Shown piece by piece: positions 11,801-25,084 of a stretch of 64,000 nt of DNA. The notes below the pieces were generated by a model. That model worked only from the letters and a program-made list of their open reading frames with translations. It had not been told where the DNA came from and made no database searches. The translations under genes and the position numbers were made by a program. How positions within the stretch are numbered: the first letter of the stretch is position 1; every line of letters starts with the position of its first letter. Source of the DNA: Schmidtea polychroa (Eukaryota); the NCBI GenBank assembly GCA_044892525.1, contig CM097888.1, positions 37,262,001 to 37,326,000 of the forward strand, given 5' to 3'.

Positions 11801-13108
11801 TAAATAAAAATTTCAATAATTTTCGATTCTCATTAAAAAACTTTTTCCACATGGGATTTATATTACGAGTAATTCGATGAATTTTATGTCCAAAATTTTG
11901 TTGGAAACTTTTGTGTTATCAAATGCAAAACCCGGATGACATATATTAGCAAGTTGTTTGCGATTGGTAAAGGGTCAATATCAAAATCGATCTTTTCATA
12001 GTACTTCCTAGATTACCATTTTTTGATCAATTTGGTCATTTACCCATAATAGGCACTGTTTCCAGTTGTCAGGTGTGCTCGTTTTTCTCCGAGTAAAGGT
12101 TCATACCCGCTGGTGGTCATAGGTACAAGGATTCTTAAATCCTGCCAGTTCATTGAGTGGGTTGACAACTCTTAGTGTTTCTCGTCGGCAGTGGTGATTG
12201 GTCGGCAAGCGTCGGCATGCCAATTCAGTGATATGACGAAACTTGCATAATATCATGAGATTGATATGGATAGCTAAAAGGGGGGGGGTGTTACTAAGAA
12301 TAGATTTACTGAATTACTGCAACATCATTGGATGGATGTGGAATGGGGTTTCTAATATTAGTAACCGGGGGAATCCAAATAAATAAATTTGTTTGAAAAT
12401 TAATTAAATTCATATCAAGAGGATATATTAATTATTAGTAGAAAAATTAAGGGTCGTCCATTAAATGGAATAATAATGGTCATGATCAGAATAATGTAGC
12501 AATAATAACGACAATGACAATAATACTAAGTAATAATCATATTAATAATAACTCCATCGATAGTAATATGGTAGCAATAATAATAGAATTCGCATTAATG
12601 ATAATCGTAATAACAATGGTAATAATATCGCTAATAACAATTATAATGATAACAACGCTAATGGTAATAATAATAGGGAGAACAACAATAATCATAATAA
12701 TAATAAATGAAGATTTATATTTCCATAAGAGTACCTCATATAGACAGCTTGGGGGAGCGGGGTCCATTTATGTAAAATTATGAAATTATATTTAAAATGA
12801 TATAATTTAATGATATATGAATATGATGATTCATTACACCTAAATAATAATTAATGGTTGCCGGTCTTGAGGGGGGTAAAACGATAAGCTACATTTCTAA
12901 AAGTAATAAGTTGGATATATTTGAGGAAAATTCAAATTAGTACTGTCGGGTAACGACTATAGGATCTGAAGGGTGGCGTCTATAACAATTTTCTATTTAT
13001 CATATCACGACAAGTTAATTTAGTATACTAAAGTAACGGTTAATGACTATGATTTTGAGGGGTGTCATTTAGGAATTTTTAGAATTATGCTTTTAAAATC
13101 AAATATGA

Positions 13109-13613
13109 GGACGCGACTTGTGTGTAATGTTATTATTTATTATTAATATTTTTATGTTTTTTAATGTAATATGCTAGATTTTAATGACTTTTCTTATTTT
13201 TATTATTATTTTATTTATTTTCCTATTTTTTATTATTTTTTCCTGTTTTTCCTGTGAATTTATTGCTATTTAGTTATAATATAATTTTTTGTTTTAATTA
13301 GTCCATGCATTTATTTGAACACGGTTTTATTTCTATTTTATTTCCTAATTTCTTGTTTATTTTTTCCTAAATTTTACTATTTTATTTCCTTCTGCTATTC
13401 TGTGTGTTGGGTAATTTTCTTTTTTCCTCTTATTTTTCGTCTTATCAATTTTATTATTTTATTAGTTATTTTTATTTTCTTTATAATCTTATTTCTTTTA
13501 TTGTTATGTAATTTAGTTGTTCTTATATTTTTCCCCGATTTTCGTGAAATTTATTTTATCCTTTTTATCCATCCCTAACCTGATTTCCAACACTCTCGAA
13601 GTTTGGCCCAACA
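13109..13613 (-). mobile_element. Truncated U3 module of a giant LTR-like unit
   Basis: TGTTGGGCC start, A-rich tract, AGTCGCGTCCT shared with 36054-36064; breaks before the CCAAT and TATA boxes. Confidence 0.65.
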
Positions 13614-13799
13614 GGTATATAATTTGAAGGGGTGGTATAGAAAATTTAAGAGTTATAATTTTAAATTCAAATATAAGATAAATATAATTCTGTATTAGTA
13701 TAATTAATGATAGGTATTTCATTGATAATATTTTAGGATTTATATTTTATAAATGAGTTATCTTTTGTATTTTGAAATTATAGTTGATAATCAACATTT

Positions 13800-14349
13800 T
13801 ACTTTAAAATTTCCCATTTAGGTTTTTGGAATGGGTTGCATTTGATGCTTCACGAACTTATGATTTATTGTGTGATTTTATAATTTATGAAAAAATTTTT
13901 TCATATATTAATTTTAATTTAATTTTTATTTTAATGGTGTTTTTCCTAATTTCTTTTTAAAAATTTTTATTTTTATTACTAATTTATTTATTTTTGATAA
14001 CTTTTATTGCTCTATGTGGCTTTTATAATGGTTATCGCCATTCTGATGAAATGTTCTGGGGTTTTCTAGAATTTTTTAATGTTTTACCATCTTTCTAAGC
14101 TATTCGAGTCTGTTTTTTGTAATTCTGTGTTTCTTTCATATTTTTAAGTTAGTTTCTTGCACTACTTCTTGCATTTGTATCCTTTTATTTAATTTCTGTG
14201 TTTATATTTTTGTTACTTTTCCTCTTAATTAATATTGCTTATTTGGTGTATTTCTTATATTTAACTGAACGTTTTTTGCGTGCTATGTACCAACGCACTT
14301 TAGTCACAAATTAGAGTTTTTGGGTCTAGAAATCAGTTCTAGCCCAACA
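13800..14349 (-). mobile_element. Truncated U3-like module
   Basis: TGTTGGGCT start at 14349 followed by a long A-rich tract; no CCAAT or TATA seen; left end approximate. Confidence 0.45.
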
Positions 14350-14899
14350 GTACAGTACGTTCACCTAATCATGCTTTTACCTAACAGTACAGGGAACAGT
14401 TTTCGTCGGAGCATAGACTAATATTCCAAAAGCTATGAATTTTTATTTCTAAATAGGTTCCTCTTACGGAGTACTAGATACGGTAATCACTGTGGAATAA
14501 TCCAACGTCTTCGTAAATTCCATTGGTTGTACTTTTCAGCGATTTGCTCGCCAACGAGTGAGCATCGGGAACCATAAACAAATTGTTCATCTATCCCGTC
14601 GTATCACATGGAGAATCTAATCGCGTTCGCTGATAATTAATTCTGAAGATTTTGAATAAACAAATAAGCAAGCAACGATTGACGTCGAGATAATTAGTGA
14701 ATATATATAATTAGCGTCTAAATTCTTCGATGACTAGTGACAGCAACAGTAAACACCTAGCGGCAGATTTTTGATGATTAACTAGATGAGACTAGCTGTT
14801 ACGACACGAACACTCGGAATATTTATTTCAGCTATCCACCTGTTTACACGTTACACCGGCACAGTATTGGTAAACATATATTCCACCTGAAGACTATCC

Positions 14900-16020
14900 C
14901 TGAACATCAATGTAATCGGAGAACACAGTAGATTTTATCACCGACCATAATAGGATGCGGTGAAACCAAAATGATCTTAGGACGATTAAGTGCATCTATA
15001 CCTGACTATGGTGAGCCCCATCACCAACCGAGCCACTCGGAGTAATTTTGATATAATCACTAGGAAATTATCTAACTGGAAACCGTTACTACTGCCGGGT
15101 AGCAAAATCGCGACGGAGTCAATACAAGCACTACACACTAACTACTTCTACATGCACAATACGAGATAAACCTTTTACACAAAACATCTTCCGTACTTGT
15201 CATCGAAATTCCATCGCTGATTGGCTGTATTTCCCCGTCAANNNNNNNNNNNNNNNNNNNNNNNNNNNNNNNNNNNNNNNNNNNNNNNNNNNNNNNNNNN
15301 NNNNNNNNNNNNNNNNNNNNNNNNNNNNNNNNNNNNNNNNNNNNNNNNNNNNNNNNNNNNNNNNNNNNNNNNNNNNNNNNNNNNCATTATTAAAATTAAT
15401 GTCTCCATCATTCAATACGAATTGTCTCCCCTACCCACATCTTCTTTACGAGCACGACTTTTAATTCTAGGATTTATTTTTTCATAATGGATACTGTCAT
15501 CATGTTTGTTGTCAGGATTATTAGTATTAAACTTATCAGTGTTGAGATTTTCTGAGTTAGCGTCAGGATAATGAGTGTTAATAGCACCACTATTAATCCC
15601 TTGAATATGAAAAATCTTTACCACCCGAATTATTATCATTATAATCCTTGCAATTGGGGTCATTGGGACAATTATTAGGGTGAGTGGTAATATTATGATA
15701 TATTTTCCTGCTGTTATGAGTAAGATAAGCAACCCTGTTAAAACTGTCATTCCTTCTGTGGTCGCCAGGGAGTATTAGCGTTATAGCTGTTTTCCAGACT
15801 GTCACTATAATTGATTCCTTACGACTACAATCCTCATCGACAAGGTAGATCTTAATAAGACCAAGGTCTAACTAATGTGTGTAACGGTGAATTTTGAGCG
15901 TACTCCAAGGGAGTTAATAAAACCCAACATCGTTTAATCGAAACCCTGCTCTTCATAACCCACCGCCCAACAAATGTAATAATTCCTTCCCGAGTAGAAC
16001 TGACCGGGAAATGGACATCA
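14900..16020 (-). pseudogene. Degenerate gag-like, Asn-rich and protease-like retroelement frames
   Basis: REGIITFVGRW (gag-like), Asn-rich frames 15400-15800, CSACIDSVAIL (possible decayed D-S-G motif); many stops; spans an N gap. Confidence 0.35.
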
Positions 16021-16034
16021 ATCGGGGGGGGGGG

Positions 16035-17324
16035 AGTCGAATGAATGCCGAATGTCAGTTATTTTTACCAGTATGATGGAGCTGTTTTTCTGAAGAGTTT
16101 TCCTTAGTTTTATAGAAAATGTCTGAACCAAATCTGCCAGTAACCGGCCTGAGACCGTAGTTCTCGTGCACGGATAAAAATTCGTTATTGAGGAAATCAG
16201 ACGATTATATCAGAACGTTGAAGAGAAAAATCGACACGTTGAAAGGCACCTGGTTCAATCCAGCGGCCATGAAAGAAGCCCAGACGAAAACTCTCAGGCT
16301 CGAGCACTGCCGTGACAGTTTGCTCGAGGAAAGCCGAAGTCAACGGCTTACGATTAAAGCTTAGTCGGCGGCTCTACACCGCATCTATTCCGACGCAGAG
16401 CTCAAGGCCAGAGTAGTTGAGTACCCCTCTGCATCATCGAACCGATCACGTGGGCCCATCCCACTCTTCACCTTGCCACTCTCATGGACCCACCGTAACA
16501 TCATCTGATCGTCCAGACATCTTAATGTCGGAAATTTACAAGTCCGCGACATCTAATATACCTCCAGAACTTACTTGGGTTCCCCGAGGAGACGTCCAAG
16601 CTGATCCCCCTACAGCAAAGAAGAAGCGGCTGACTCGCGCCGAGAAAACTAAAAAACGAAACGAAGAGCTCGCGGCAACTTCGGTTCAGTCGGTCATTCC
16701 GAAAGACGCGAATTCTGCAGTAAGAATCGTGCCAGCTACAATTTCTCAGACAGCTTCTGACCTGGCATTGGAAACCGACATCGCGGCTATGCTGTTGGAA
16801 GGAGATTGGTAACGGGCGGAGATCGTCAGCTAGCTTTATGTATCGGTACATTCGGCACTTCATGATAGTGGTAGACTCATTGAGCACAATAAAACTGTAT
16901 CTGTGTATAAAGTAGTCGTTTGCTGATTTTTGTAATTTCTACGCATGCTCGGCGAATAAATGTATTGCGAACGATGGGTTGTTGATTTATTAAATTTGCC
17001 TTATCTTATTGTTAAGACTCTGATGCGCTTGAGTAAACGGGAATGAGAAAAACCTCACTTGGACCAGACGGTTTGGGGAAAGCGTAAGTCCTTCTACGGC
17101 AGTCAGGAACCCGTACCGCGAATACTGGGGGAGTAGTCCTAACGCACGGGCTCATCTGCCCGCAGGTTCCGACCTCGGTGCACATCACCAAAATGGTTTA
17201 GTGTCATGTGTGCATCGGAGGGAATATCATTACCATCATCTTGGGTAACTAGGAAAATCGAGCTAGTCAAAATTCCACCAGTAGTCGTCCCATTCGTCAA
17301 CTATCCAACCCCAGGTACCCAACA
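16035..17324 (+). mobile_element. 5'-truncated giant LTR-like unit (3' end at 17324)
   Basis: Contains F copy 3, AATAAA near 16955 and conserved block 17058-17191; ends ACCCAACA at a distance from the block similar to the two TSD-bounded units. Left junction at the G11 run 16024-16034. Confidence 0.7.
16119..16812 (+). pseudogene. Family F copy 3 (stops and a frameshift)
   Basis: MSEPNLPVTGLRP*FSCTDKN...RLEHCRDSLLEESRSQRLTIKA*S...; C-terminus KKKRLTRAEKTKKR...RIVPA...ETDIAAMLLEGDW; acceptor TTTTATAG 3 nt before the ATG. Confidence 0.9.
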
Positions 17325-17359
17325 CTAACCACCTGTGGATACACGCCATTAACAAACCA

Positions 17360-19490
17360 GTTACGGTTTTTGTTCCTGGCTCCACTAGTCCCATCTTGCT
17401 TCAAGAGCATACCTTCGAAATCGAAAATGGGGATGGAAAAAGAATATCTCTATTATGTGAAGGAATGGACACCATCATCGCAATGGAGATCCTAGAACCT
17501 GTTAGGGAATGAAAATGTCGTCTATATATAACATTCATAGCACCTGGGCAGAACTGACCCAAGATGTACAAAAACTAATGACCCTTTTCAATTTAGGAAA
17601 GGAATCGAAAGGGATAATAGCATGCTGGAATCGAATCCGGACGCGGCTGCGTCATCCAAATTCCAACACCGCGTTATACATCGAGAACGTGATCGGTAGA
17701 AAAACAAGGAGGGCCGATTACGGGCAATTACGCTGCTCACCACGGTCGGCCAAGATACCGGAATTTCTTACAAAACAAATAACAACATTGACTTTAAAAC
17801 GAAATCGATTAATGATGTCTATTATTATAAAAGGATACAGAGAGCGAATGTCGGGCGTGACACTGGATGGGGAGAGCCGGGGACCGGAAGATCTCAGAAG
17901 GTGACTCCTCAACTCTTTAGGCCTAACAGTGGCCACATGCCACACGCCGGAGGAGCTGCAAATGAACAACACGAGCGTACTGAGAGATCCGGAGGCCTCC
18001 TCAAGAGAGCAGATTGGCTATGATTCATATGATTTTCCATATATTTATGATAGAGGGGCTAACAATAAATTGCCCAATGACCACCGAAATAAAAATGGAA
18101 TTAGCCCGAGCAAGGATATTATTACTTATGGCTTTAATAAGCCAAATCGATATGAAAATCATTCTTCAGACTTGCCCATTGTTAATGGTGGAAGGATGCA
18201 TAATAAATCACCCAATGACCATGCAAATAAATATGGATATGATGATCCAATGAATGGAAATTATATTGCCAACAGAGGGATCCCTAACCTGAATGTGACA
18301 TCTGGCAATAAAATTCCTACATATAAAGAAAAACTCCTGAATAGAATGGAATTTAATATTCCAGAGGATAAAATCACTGAAAATGGCATTATGAAATTCA
18401 GTTTTCGAAACTATGATAATTGTAGAGATCAATATTCTAAAAATAATAAAAATTATTATTCCAAATACGATCACAGTTTTTTTTAGCGAAAATCACTTTA
18501 ATGCATTTAATAAAAATGGCCATAATAATTATATGCCAAAATTTGAAATTCCTAAAAATAATTATGAAAGTTTTAAACAAGAGGAATTTAATGTTAATGT
18601 TAATTATAATTATAATAATAAAAATACTAATTTTAGATATATAAACCCAAATAAAAGTAAAAATTTAACTAGATTTAATAATTATAAAAAATTTAGTAAT
18701 AATGAAAACATCGTCTCAGCGACCTATGATTGTACAATTAAAAACTTTTATAATGAAGGGTTGAGAATCTTCTCCCCTTATGCCTTAATTGGCCTGTATT
18801 GTTATACGATAAATAAAAATTTTCCTAACAAACGAGATAGTTCAACAAGCCAAATTGGACGTACAACGTCAACGATAATGATATTAAAACGTTCAAATCT
18901 TTAGTGAGACAACGTTTGGACCCCAGACAAGAAGATAACCTTACGATTTTCGTGGCAGCTCATTACGCTACGTTACGTCAATTCCTCAAACCAGCAATAG
19001 TGGCAATTTCTGTTTCGCATTTCAACGGAAATTTAATCCTAGAGTTAACACTAGAGTTAGCCCCTGATCACAGGTCAAACATTACCAATCGCATGCGCAT
19101 GGTATGACCGAAAGAGAAGTAGCCGGACAGTTTGACGGAGAAGATGGGGCGAAAGAATCAGGAAAATCTGCGATGGGAAAATCATCGTGGGATTGTTAAT
19201 GAAGGATTTATTGGAAGTGATTAAATTTCCAATGCAGCGCGCACTCGGAATTCGTGAGTTAGGCGCAGCCAAATGCCTCGAAAATAGGGACTTTACCGTT
19301 TACTGTCACAGGAAGAGGCGCATCATTTCTCTGACCTTCAAACAGAGAACGATGTTACGACTATTAAAGAAATATACGGCAATCTGCGAGACATCTGGCT
19401 TGATGATATTTAACCCGAAACCCGAAAAGATGTGCTTAATAAATAAAACAAACAGAAGCAGTAATCTCAGGCACGCAGAAAACCCTTAGC
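17360..19490 (+). pseudogene. Decayed gag-like plus Asn-rich retroelement coding region
   Basis: Fragmented frames: KRISLLCEGMDTIIAMEIL, TWAELTQDVQKLMTLFN, KGIIACWNRIR; Asn-rich ORFs 17929-18486 and 18413-18904. No diagnostic motif is intact. Confidence 0.35.
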
Positions 19491-19515
19491 TATGGAGAGC
19501 TATATAAAAGAAGAC

Positions 19516-20142
19516 ATGCCCGAGACTAAGCTGATGAAAATTGTGGATTGATTGTCGCCACCATCCATCTCAATTGCGGATGAAGATGAATATGCCACTT
19601 GCGAAAGCGACGACGTCAATTGTCTCCAAGACCTACTTACCAGTGGTGGTAGAGTTGTGAATTCGGATAAAATGGAGACGGAGAAATTACCCCAAGCGGA
19701 CAAACTGGTTGATTGGGTCACAAATATTTTGAAAGCATTGGCTCCGTTTGGCGAATCCAAGGGAGTAGCAAAAGGAGGAGCATTACCTCAAGCTATAGTC
19801 CCACTGCTTAAGCTCCTGGACTTAAAATTCAAAAAGAAAACCACTGTCGAACCTATCCAGAAAGAAGCAAAGGAGAAAACCGTTCCTACATCTACAAAGA
19901 AAAAGGAGATCCCGTAGAGTAGCAAAAAGAAAATGCCTCGGATATCCATCCAGGATGAGGACGATGATCTCTTGGAAATCCAATATCAGCCACCAGGTCC
20001 TGCATTGATCAAGATATTGGCAACAAAGGTCGAACCCATGGTTGCAGGCGAGCCTTTCATCGTGAAAGAAGGCGAATTCATTGGTAAAGGCAATTCCATT
20101 AATATACGGGAAGATGCTGACAGAGAAGACCATAGTTGGTGA
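19516..20142 (+). pseudogene. Unknown acidic/basic ORF with two in-frame stops, probably retroelement-borne
   Basis: ORFs 19552-19917 and 19933-20142 share a frame with ATG 19516; internal repeat PSISIADED / PRISIQDED. Confidence 0.45.
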
Positions 20143-20164
20143 ATGAGACCCGATAGTAAATGGA

Positions 20165-20893
20165 AAATAATTTTTTCCAATACTAGCTATTTCATCTCTT
20201 ACCACCCGTTTTGAAACTTTGTCAAATTTCGAACAATGTTTTGGATTTCTATACAAATTTATTGATATGGAACATGAGGAAATAAAAAAAAGTTGTTTCG
20301 ATCTCCATAATAAATTTAAAGATGGTGAATCTTAAGATATCAGTGGCGTAGAGTTAATAGTTAAGAGTTAATTTCTCTAAAAATTATAATAAAAGACAGA
20401 AAGCAGCCCTAAGAACTCATAAAGTTTTTATACAAATACAACTTGGAGACTTCTTTTCCAAATGTCGCCACAAGTTTAAAACTGACAGTTCCAGTATCTG
20501 TTGCATCTGGAGAGCGAAGTTTTTCAAAATTAAAAATAATCAAAAACCACCTGAGAACTTCAATGACTCAAGAACGTCTCGGTAATATATCAATTATTGC
20601 AATTGAAAGTGAAATTGCTGATTCCTTAAATATTGAAGGGGCGATTGAAGAATTTGCCTTTAAAAAATCGCGTAGAGTAAATTTTTGATTGTAATATCAT
20701 AGATTTATAGATGTGCACAAAACTTATTAATGTTTTATATTCAATGGTAATATGTACATGTACATTAGATATATAAGTATAATAATAAACATTAAGAATG
20801 AAAATTTGATTTTTTTCTTTGATTTTGATGTTATCTCAAAGGGCGGCCATGCATACTAGCACGCAGGCGGCCATATACCCAGGCACGGCCCTG
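20165..20893 (+). mobile_element. hAT transposon 3' remnant (C-terminal dimerisation domain plus right TIR)
   Basis: TVPVSVASGERSFSKLKIIKNHLRTSMTQERL...EFAFKKSRR; terminus CGGCCCTG at 20886-20893. Confidence 0.9.
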
Positions 20894-21274
20894 TACACGG
20901 GAGACGTTGGTGGTTAGTTACAGACCGGACATCGTTGAACAAAGGATCCGGAATGAAAGTGCCAAAATCATGCAGAGAAGGAAATATTAGCAATTCTGCT
21001 ATGTAATCAATGAAACTAGCTATTTGCTATACGTCCTCAAGTACCAGCATCTTCGACAGCCATCCCGGCCCAATCAGTCATTCATTGAACATTTATTGAG
21101 CATTTGCTTTATGTATATATTTGTATTTTTATATGAACACTGATCGGACATTTAACATTTTGTGATTTGGAATTTTTATTTAAGCTTGCATTATATATTT
21201 TATTTTAATATTTATATTTTTTGGCTGCAATTATCTTGTCTTGCCGCTTTAATTTTCGGAACGAAAATTTTGTT

Positions 21275-21700
21275 AGGGGGAAGACATGTTGGGGTTCAAT
21301 AGGAGCCAAGATAAGGATATAAACAGATTTTAGGAAAGGAACAAAGATAAATTAAAAATAGTATTTAATAATTACTTAAAATATAAAATAATTACTATAG
21401 TTAGAGTTAAAATATAAATAGCAATAAAAAATTACTATATTTAGATTTTAAATAATAATAGTATTTTAATATATATAAATACATATATTTAGTAATTAAA
21501 TAATTACTAAAAATAGATATAGTCGAGTTAAAATAATATAAATACAGTTACAAATTTTAGTTTAGAGACGAATATTGAATAAGCAGGAAACGGACAAAAA
21601 AAAGTAAATATTAAATTTACAATAAGGCTCACCATAAGCAAACGGCATTTGATTTGCGATTAAGTCAGACTTCGTTTGATCATGTATCCATTTCAATTTA
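21275..21700 (+). mobile_element. Polypurine tract followed by a TGTTGGGG-type LTR start
   Basis: AGGGGGAAGA (21275-21284), CA, then TGTTGGGG at 21287 and an A-rich tract; right end approximate. Confidence 0.6.
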
Positions 21701-22129
21701 ACAAACATACAGTATCAATTATCAAACTATATCGAAATAAATATCGATTGAAAATTGTTAAATTCATTTGAAATTCTTTCGTGTTTTGGAATAAATAACC
21801 ATTTTCGGGTTTTTCTCTATATTTACTCAAGGATATCTGATAAATTATTTGTTAGTTTTATTGTCATTGTTTATTAAAATATTTGTAAAAGAAATTCATC
21901 TATATAATTAAAAGGGTTAAAGCGTCATTACGCCTTTGTTACTGTTTCGCTTTGATTGGAAAATTAAGTCTGATTCATTTCTGAGATTTAGACTATAGCG
22001 TAAATTTACGAGATTCTCCCTTGCCTTTATCCTTAGTACCTATATCGGGCTGTTGGCGCATTTAGGGCCAGCCTTGATACATAGAAGTAATCTTCAGGGC
22101 GGTTTGAATAACCGTTGATTTGAGCAAAC

Positions 22130-22920
22130 ACAAATACCCAGAAAAGGAACTACAGAAATTTCTTTATTAACGACTTTTGAAACATAATCCAACATAACTG
22201 TTATCATTTCAAGAACATCACAACTTACATTTATCACCTGAGATAAATCAGGTTTCATATAAACGTGCCTTTCTTTATTTCTTAATCCTTCTTTCATTAA
22301 ATCCAATGCCTATCTTTCAGATTCATGAGCAATTCTTTGTACTTAAATATTTGTACTTAAATATAACTCCATTACTTTTATTTTTATCCAATAGTTCATA
22401 TTTCATATCACATAAATAATCTTCATTTTGTTTTTTAATCAAATTATTAGTTTTATCTTTACTTTGTAAATTTGAAGACTTATCTTTCATTGTGATATTA
22501 GGCAGTCGGATGTTCATTGAATACTTGCATAACGGCTCTGATTCTTTAAGATTTTCTAAATATTGGATAATACTAGAAAATGTACAAGTTTTTCATTTTG
22601 AAATTGTCAGATTTGGGGAAATCAAATGAACGAAATTTGTTATTGAACGTTATTTGTTATTTGAATGTCTACTTTATATTTGTAAGAATATATATCATCA
22701 TGTATCAATTCATTTCCTTCAATGGAATTAATAAATAAAGATTTTGTCAGATCATCACAATGAAAATCCACAAATGAATTTGTGACATGAATGTCCCTAC
22801 TGTCGGTATATCCCAAAAGAGCACCAATGACACAAGAATTTAGGTCAGACCTTCTTTCAATGCATCAGTTATTGAGAATAGAGCCACTGGGTGAATATTA
22901 ATTTTAACCACACTTTTCAT
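22130..22920 (-). pseudogene. EIF3F: eIF3 subunit F-like (MPN domain) pseudogene
   Basis: MKSVVKINIHPVALFSITDA[fs]ERRSDLNSCVIGALLG...VTNSF; ELIHDDIYS; GVIF; AHESER*ALDLMKEG...DLSQV...MLDYVSKVVN. These follow the order of eIF3f motifs recalled from memory (HPV..SI.D..ERR, VIG.LLG, VTN.F, LIHEYYS, GVMF, ERIGVDL, DLQQV). Several frameshifts and stops. Confidence 0.8.
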
Positions 22921-24245
22921 TTTAAAAACTCCATTTCAAAAAAAATGATACTCGAACCTTCCAAAAAACAATTTTCTACAAACAACAATCAATTGTCATT
23001 TTAAAATCGAGATCAAAAACTACCAAATCTTCGCGTCTGTGTACGCACATCAATTTGAAAATAATTCTGCACAGACGCGACAAAAACAAAAACAAAAACT
23101 GCCAGTCGGAGGTAGACGTCATTCCCCCCTCTGACTGGTGGAAACAACCGTTATCTTAACTTCATGGGAATACATGATGGGTAGTATATTTAGCGTCACT
23201 TCACTATAGACAATAGGTTATCTGGATATTGTTACAACTGTTACGGAAACAATTGTTAGATGGATTAGGTAGTCTGAGGGAATTTAAGTCCAAACGTAGG
23301 TGAGGGTCCTATGGATGTTGTATGATTCTGTACGAAGATCACGGTTCCCTGTGGTCGATGGTGATTGGCTCGATTGTGAGGGAGCGTGTACCGTCAGTTT
23401 ATTCGGCCGAAATGAGTTCAATGGTAGTACCATTTATTTTACGGGGTTGTTCCTATTAATAGATGCGGTTCTTTTGGTCATATTTGACCACCAAAAGAAA
23501 TCGATAATTTCGGTTTTTTAAATTTTGCTATTAATAGTAACNNNNNNNNNNNNNNNNNNNNNNNNNNNNNNNNNNNNNNNNNNNNNNNNNNNNNNNNNNN
23601 NNNNNNNNNNNNNNNNNNNNNNNNNNNNNNNNNNNNNNNNNNNNNNNNNNNNNNNNNNNNNNNNNNNNNNNNNNNNNNNNNNNNNNNNNNNNNNNNNNNN
23701 NNNTCTGTAGATTGTCCTGGAGTTGACACGTTTTTATGATGGTGTGTCATTGACCTACATATTTAAATGACTAGTATGTTCGTGTATGTGACCTATTTAT
23801 TATTTAATAAAATCTATATGCCCTACTTATTTTATAACTATGTATGGTTGGTGTTTGGGTTAGTAGTATAAGCGCTAAGTATGTATTCAAAATTTGGGAT
23901 AATGAAACGAGATAAACTCATCTAGAACTCATGTATAATAAGAAAATGATTAGACTATCGATATTGCAAAGTTTTATTGTGGAGACTACAGTATGGTCTG
24001 ATGATTTTCCAACATATGATTTTCCAGAAATATTGTAATAGATTAAAATTTTAAAAATGCTTAATATATTGATACTGTGTAAATTTCTTAAAAGCAGAAA
24101 CAATATAAGTCAGGACTAACTGTGAAGCAAAAATTATAATCCAAAATTATTGTTTGATACATTAAACTCACATTTATAAATGACAAAATTATTTATAAAA
24201 CTTCGGCAGTAAAAAGTTAAAATTTAAATTATTAAAAATATTTAC

Positions 24246-24819
24246 CGGGAATGGATTAAATCCGCTAATTGAAGAATTTATTATAATTGATGCATTGCTA
24301 TAATTAATTTAATTAAAAAACATTATTATAATTTGTACTTGTTAAAATATGGCGATGCTTCTTTTATCAAAAAGAATGCTGATTTCAAATTCGTATGAAA
24401 TATCTACAAAATAAATCTAATAATAATGATTTATTTGTACTTTATCCCATGAATCTTCTGAGCATTCCAGAATTGGACCAAAATGAACATTTGTAGCTGC
24501 ATTCGATACGAGAACATCGATTCGACCGAAATTTTCAACTGTCTAAATAGGTCATAATAAATTACAATTTATAATAAATAACCTCGGAAATTAATTTCTT
24601 ACGAGCTTCAATTTCACCAACGTGACAAACGATACCTCGCAAATTATTTGGATTGCAATTTTGTTTCAGTTTCTCAACAGCATAATTGACATTTTTAGAT
24701 TTCCTACTACATATAACGACTTTTGAACCTTCTTTAAGAAATTTTTCAGCGATTGAATATCCAATACCATCAGTAGATCCGGTTACAATTGCTACTTTAT
24801 TAAGAAGTCTTTGCGCCAT
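24246..24819 (-). CDS. DHRS4: Dehydrogenase/reductase SDR family member 4-like, exons 1-4 (24583-24819, 24441-24542, 24339-24403, 24246-24297); remaining exons not found in the window
   Basis: [15 protein letters not shown](P)-binding motif, [46 protein letters not shown]; GT-AG introns of 40, 37 and 41 bp keep the frame open. Confidence 0.9.
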
Positions 24820-25084
24820 TTAAAAATATTCCAAATGTACATTATTTAAACACAGAATATCAAACAAAGAAAGGATTTTATATATAACTTTAATTTTTCA
24901 TTAATTAATTAATTAATAATGATTTGGTTTGCTTTAGTATTTTTAACGCGTGTGGTGTTTTTTATTTATTATTAGTTATGTAAAGTTGTTTGTTTTAATA
25001 ATATTCGTTTTAGCGTGTTTTTGAAAAACATATTTTAATTGCATTTATTGATTTTATGAATTTAGAAGTTCAAGACATCATAAC

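Noticed and set aside
10104-12328. TGT...CAACA unit with TCA flanks
   Set aside because: Only 3 bp match, and a 3' LTR should have no TSD on its internal side.
15872-17328. CTAA TSD bounding F copy 3
   Set aside because: The left candidate starts TGTGTG inside a minus-strand gag-like frame and lacks the promoter module.
22300-22400. GVIFKY...NCS as a Penelope GIY-YIG endonuclease
   Set aside because: Flanking frames match eIF3f in order; GVIF corresponds to the eIF3f GVMF segment.
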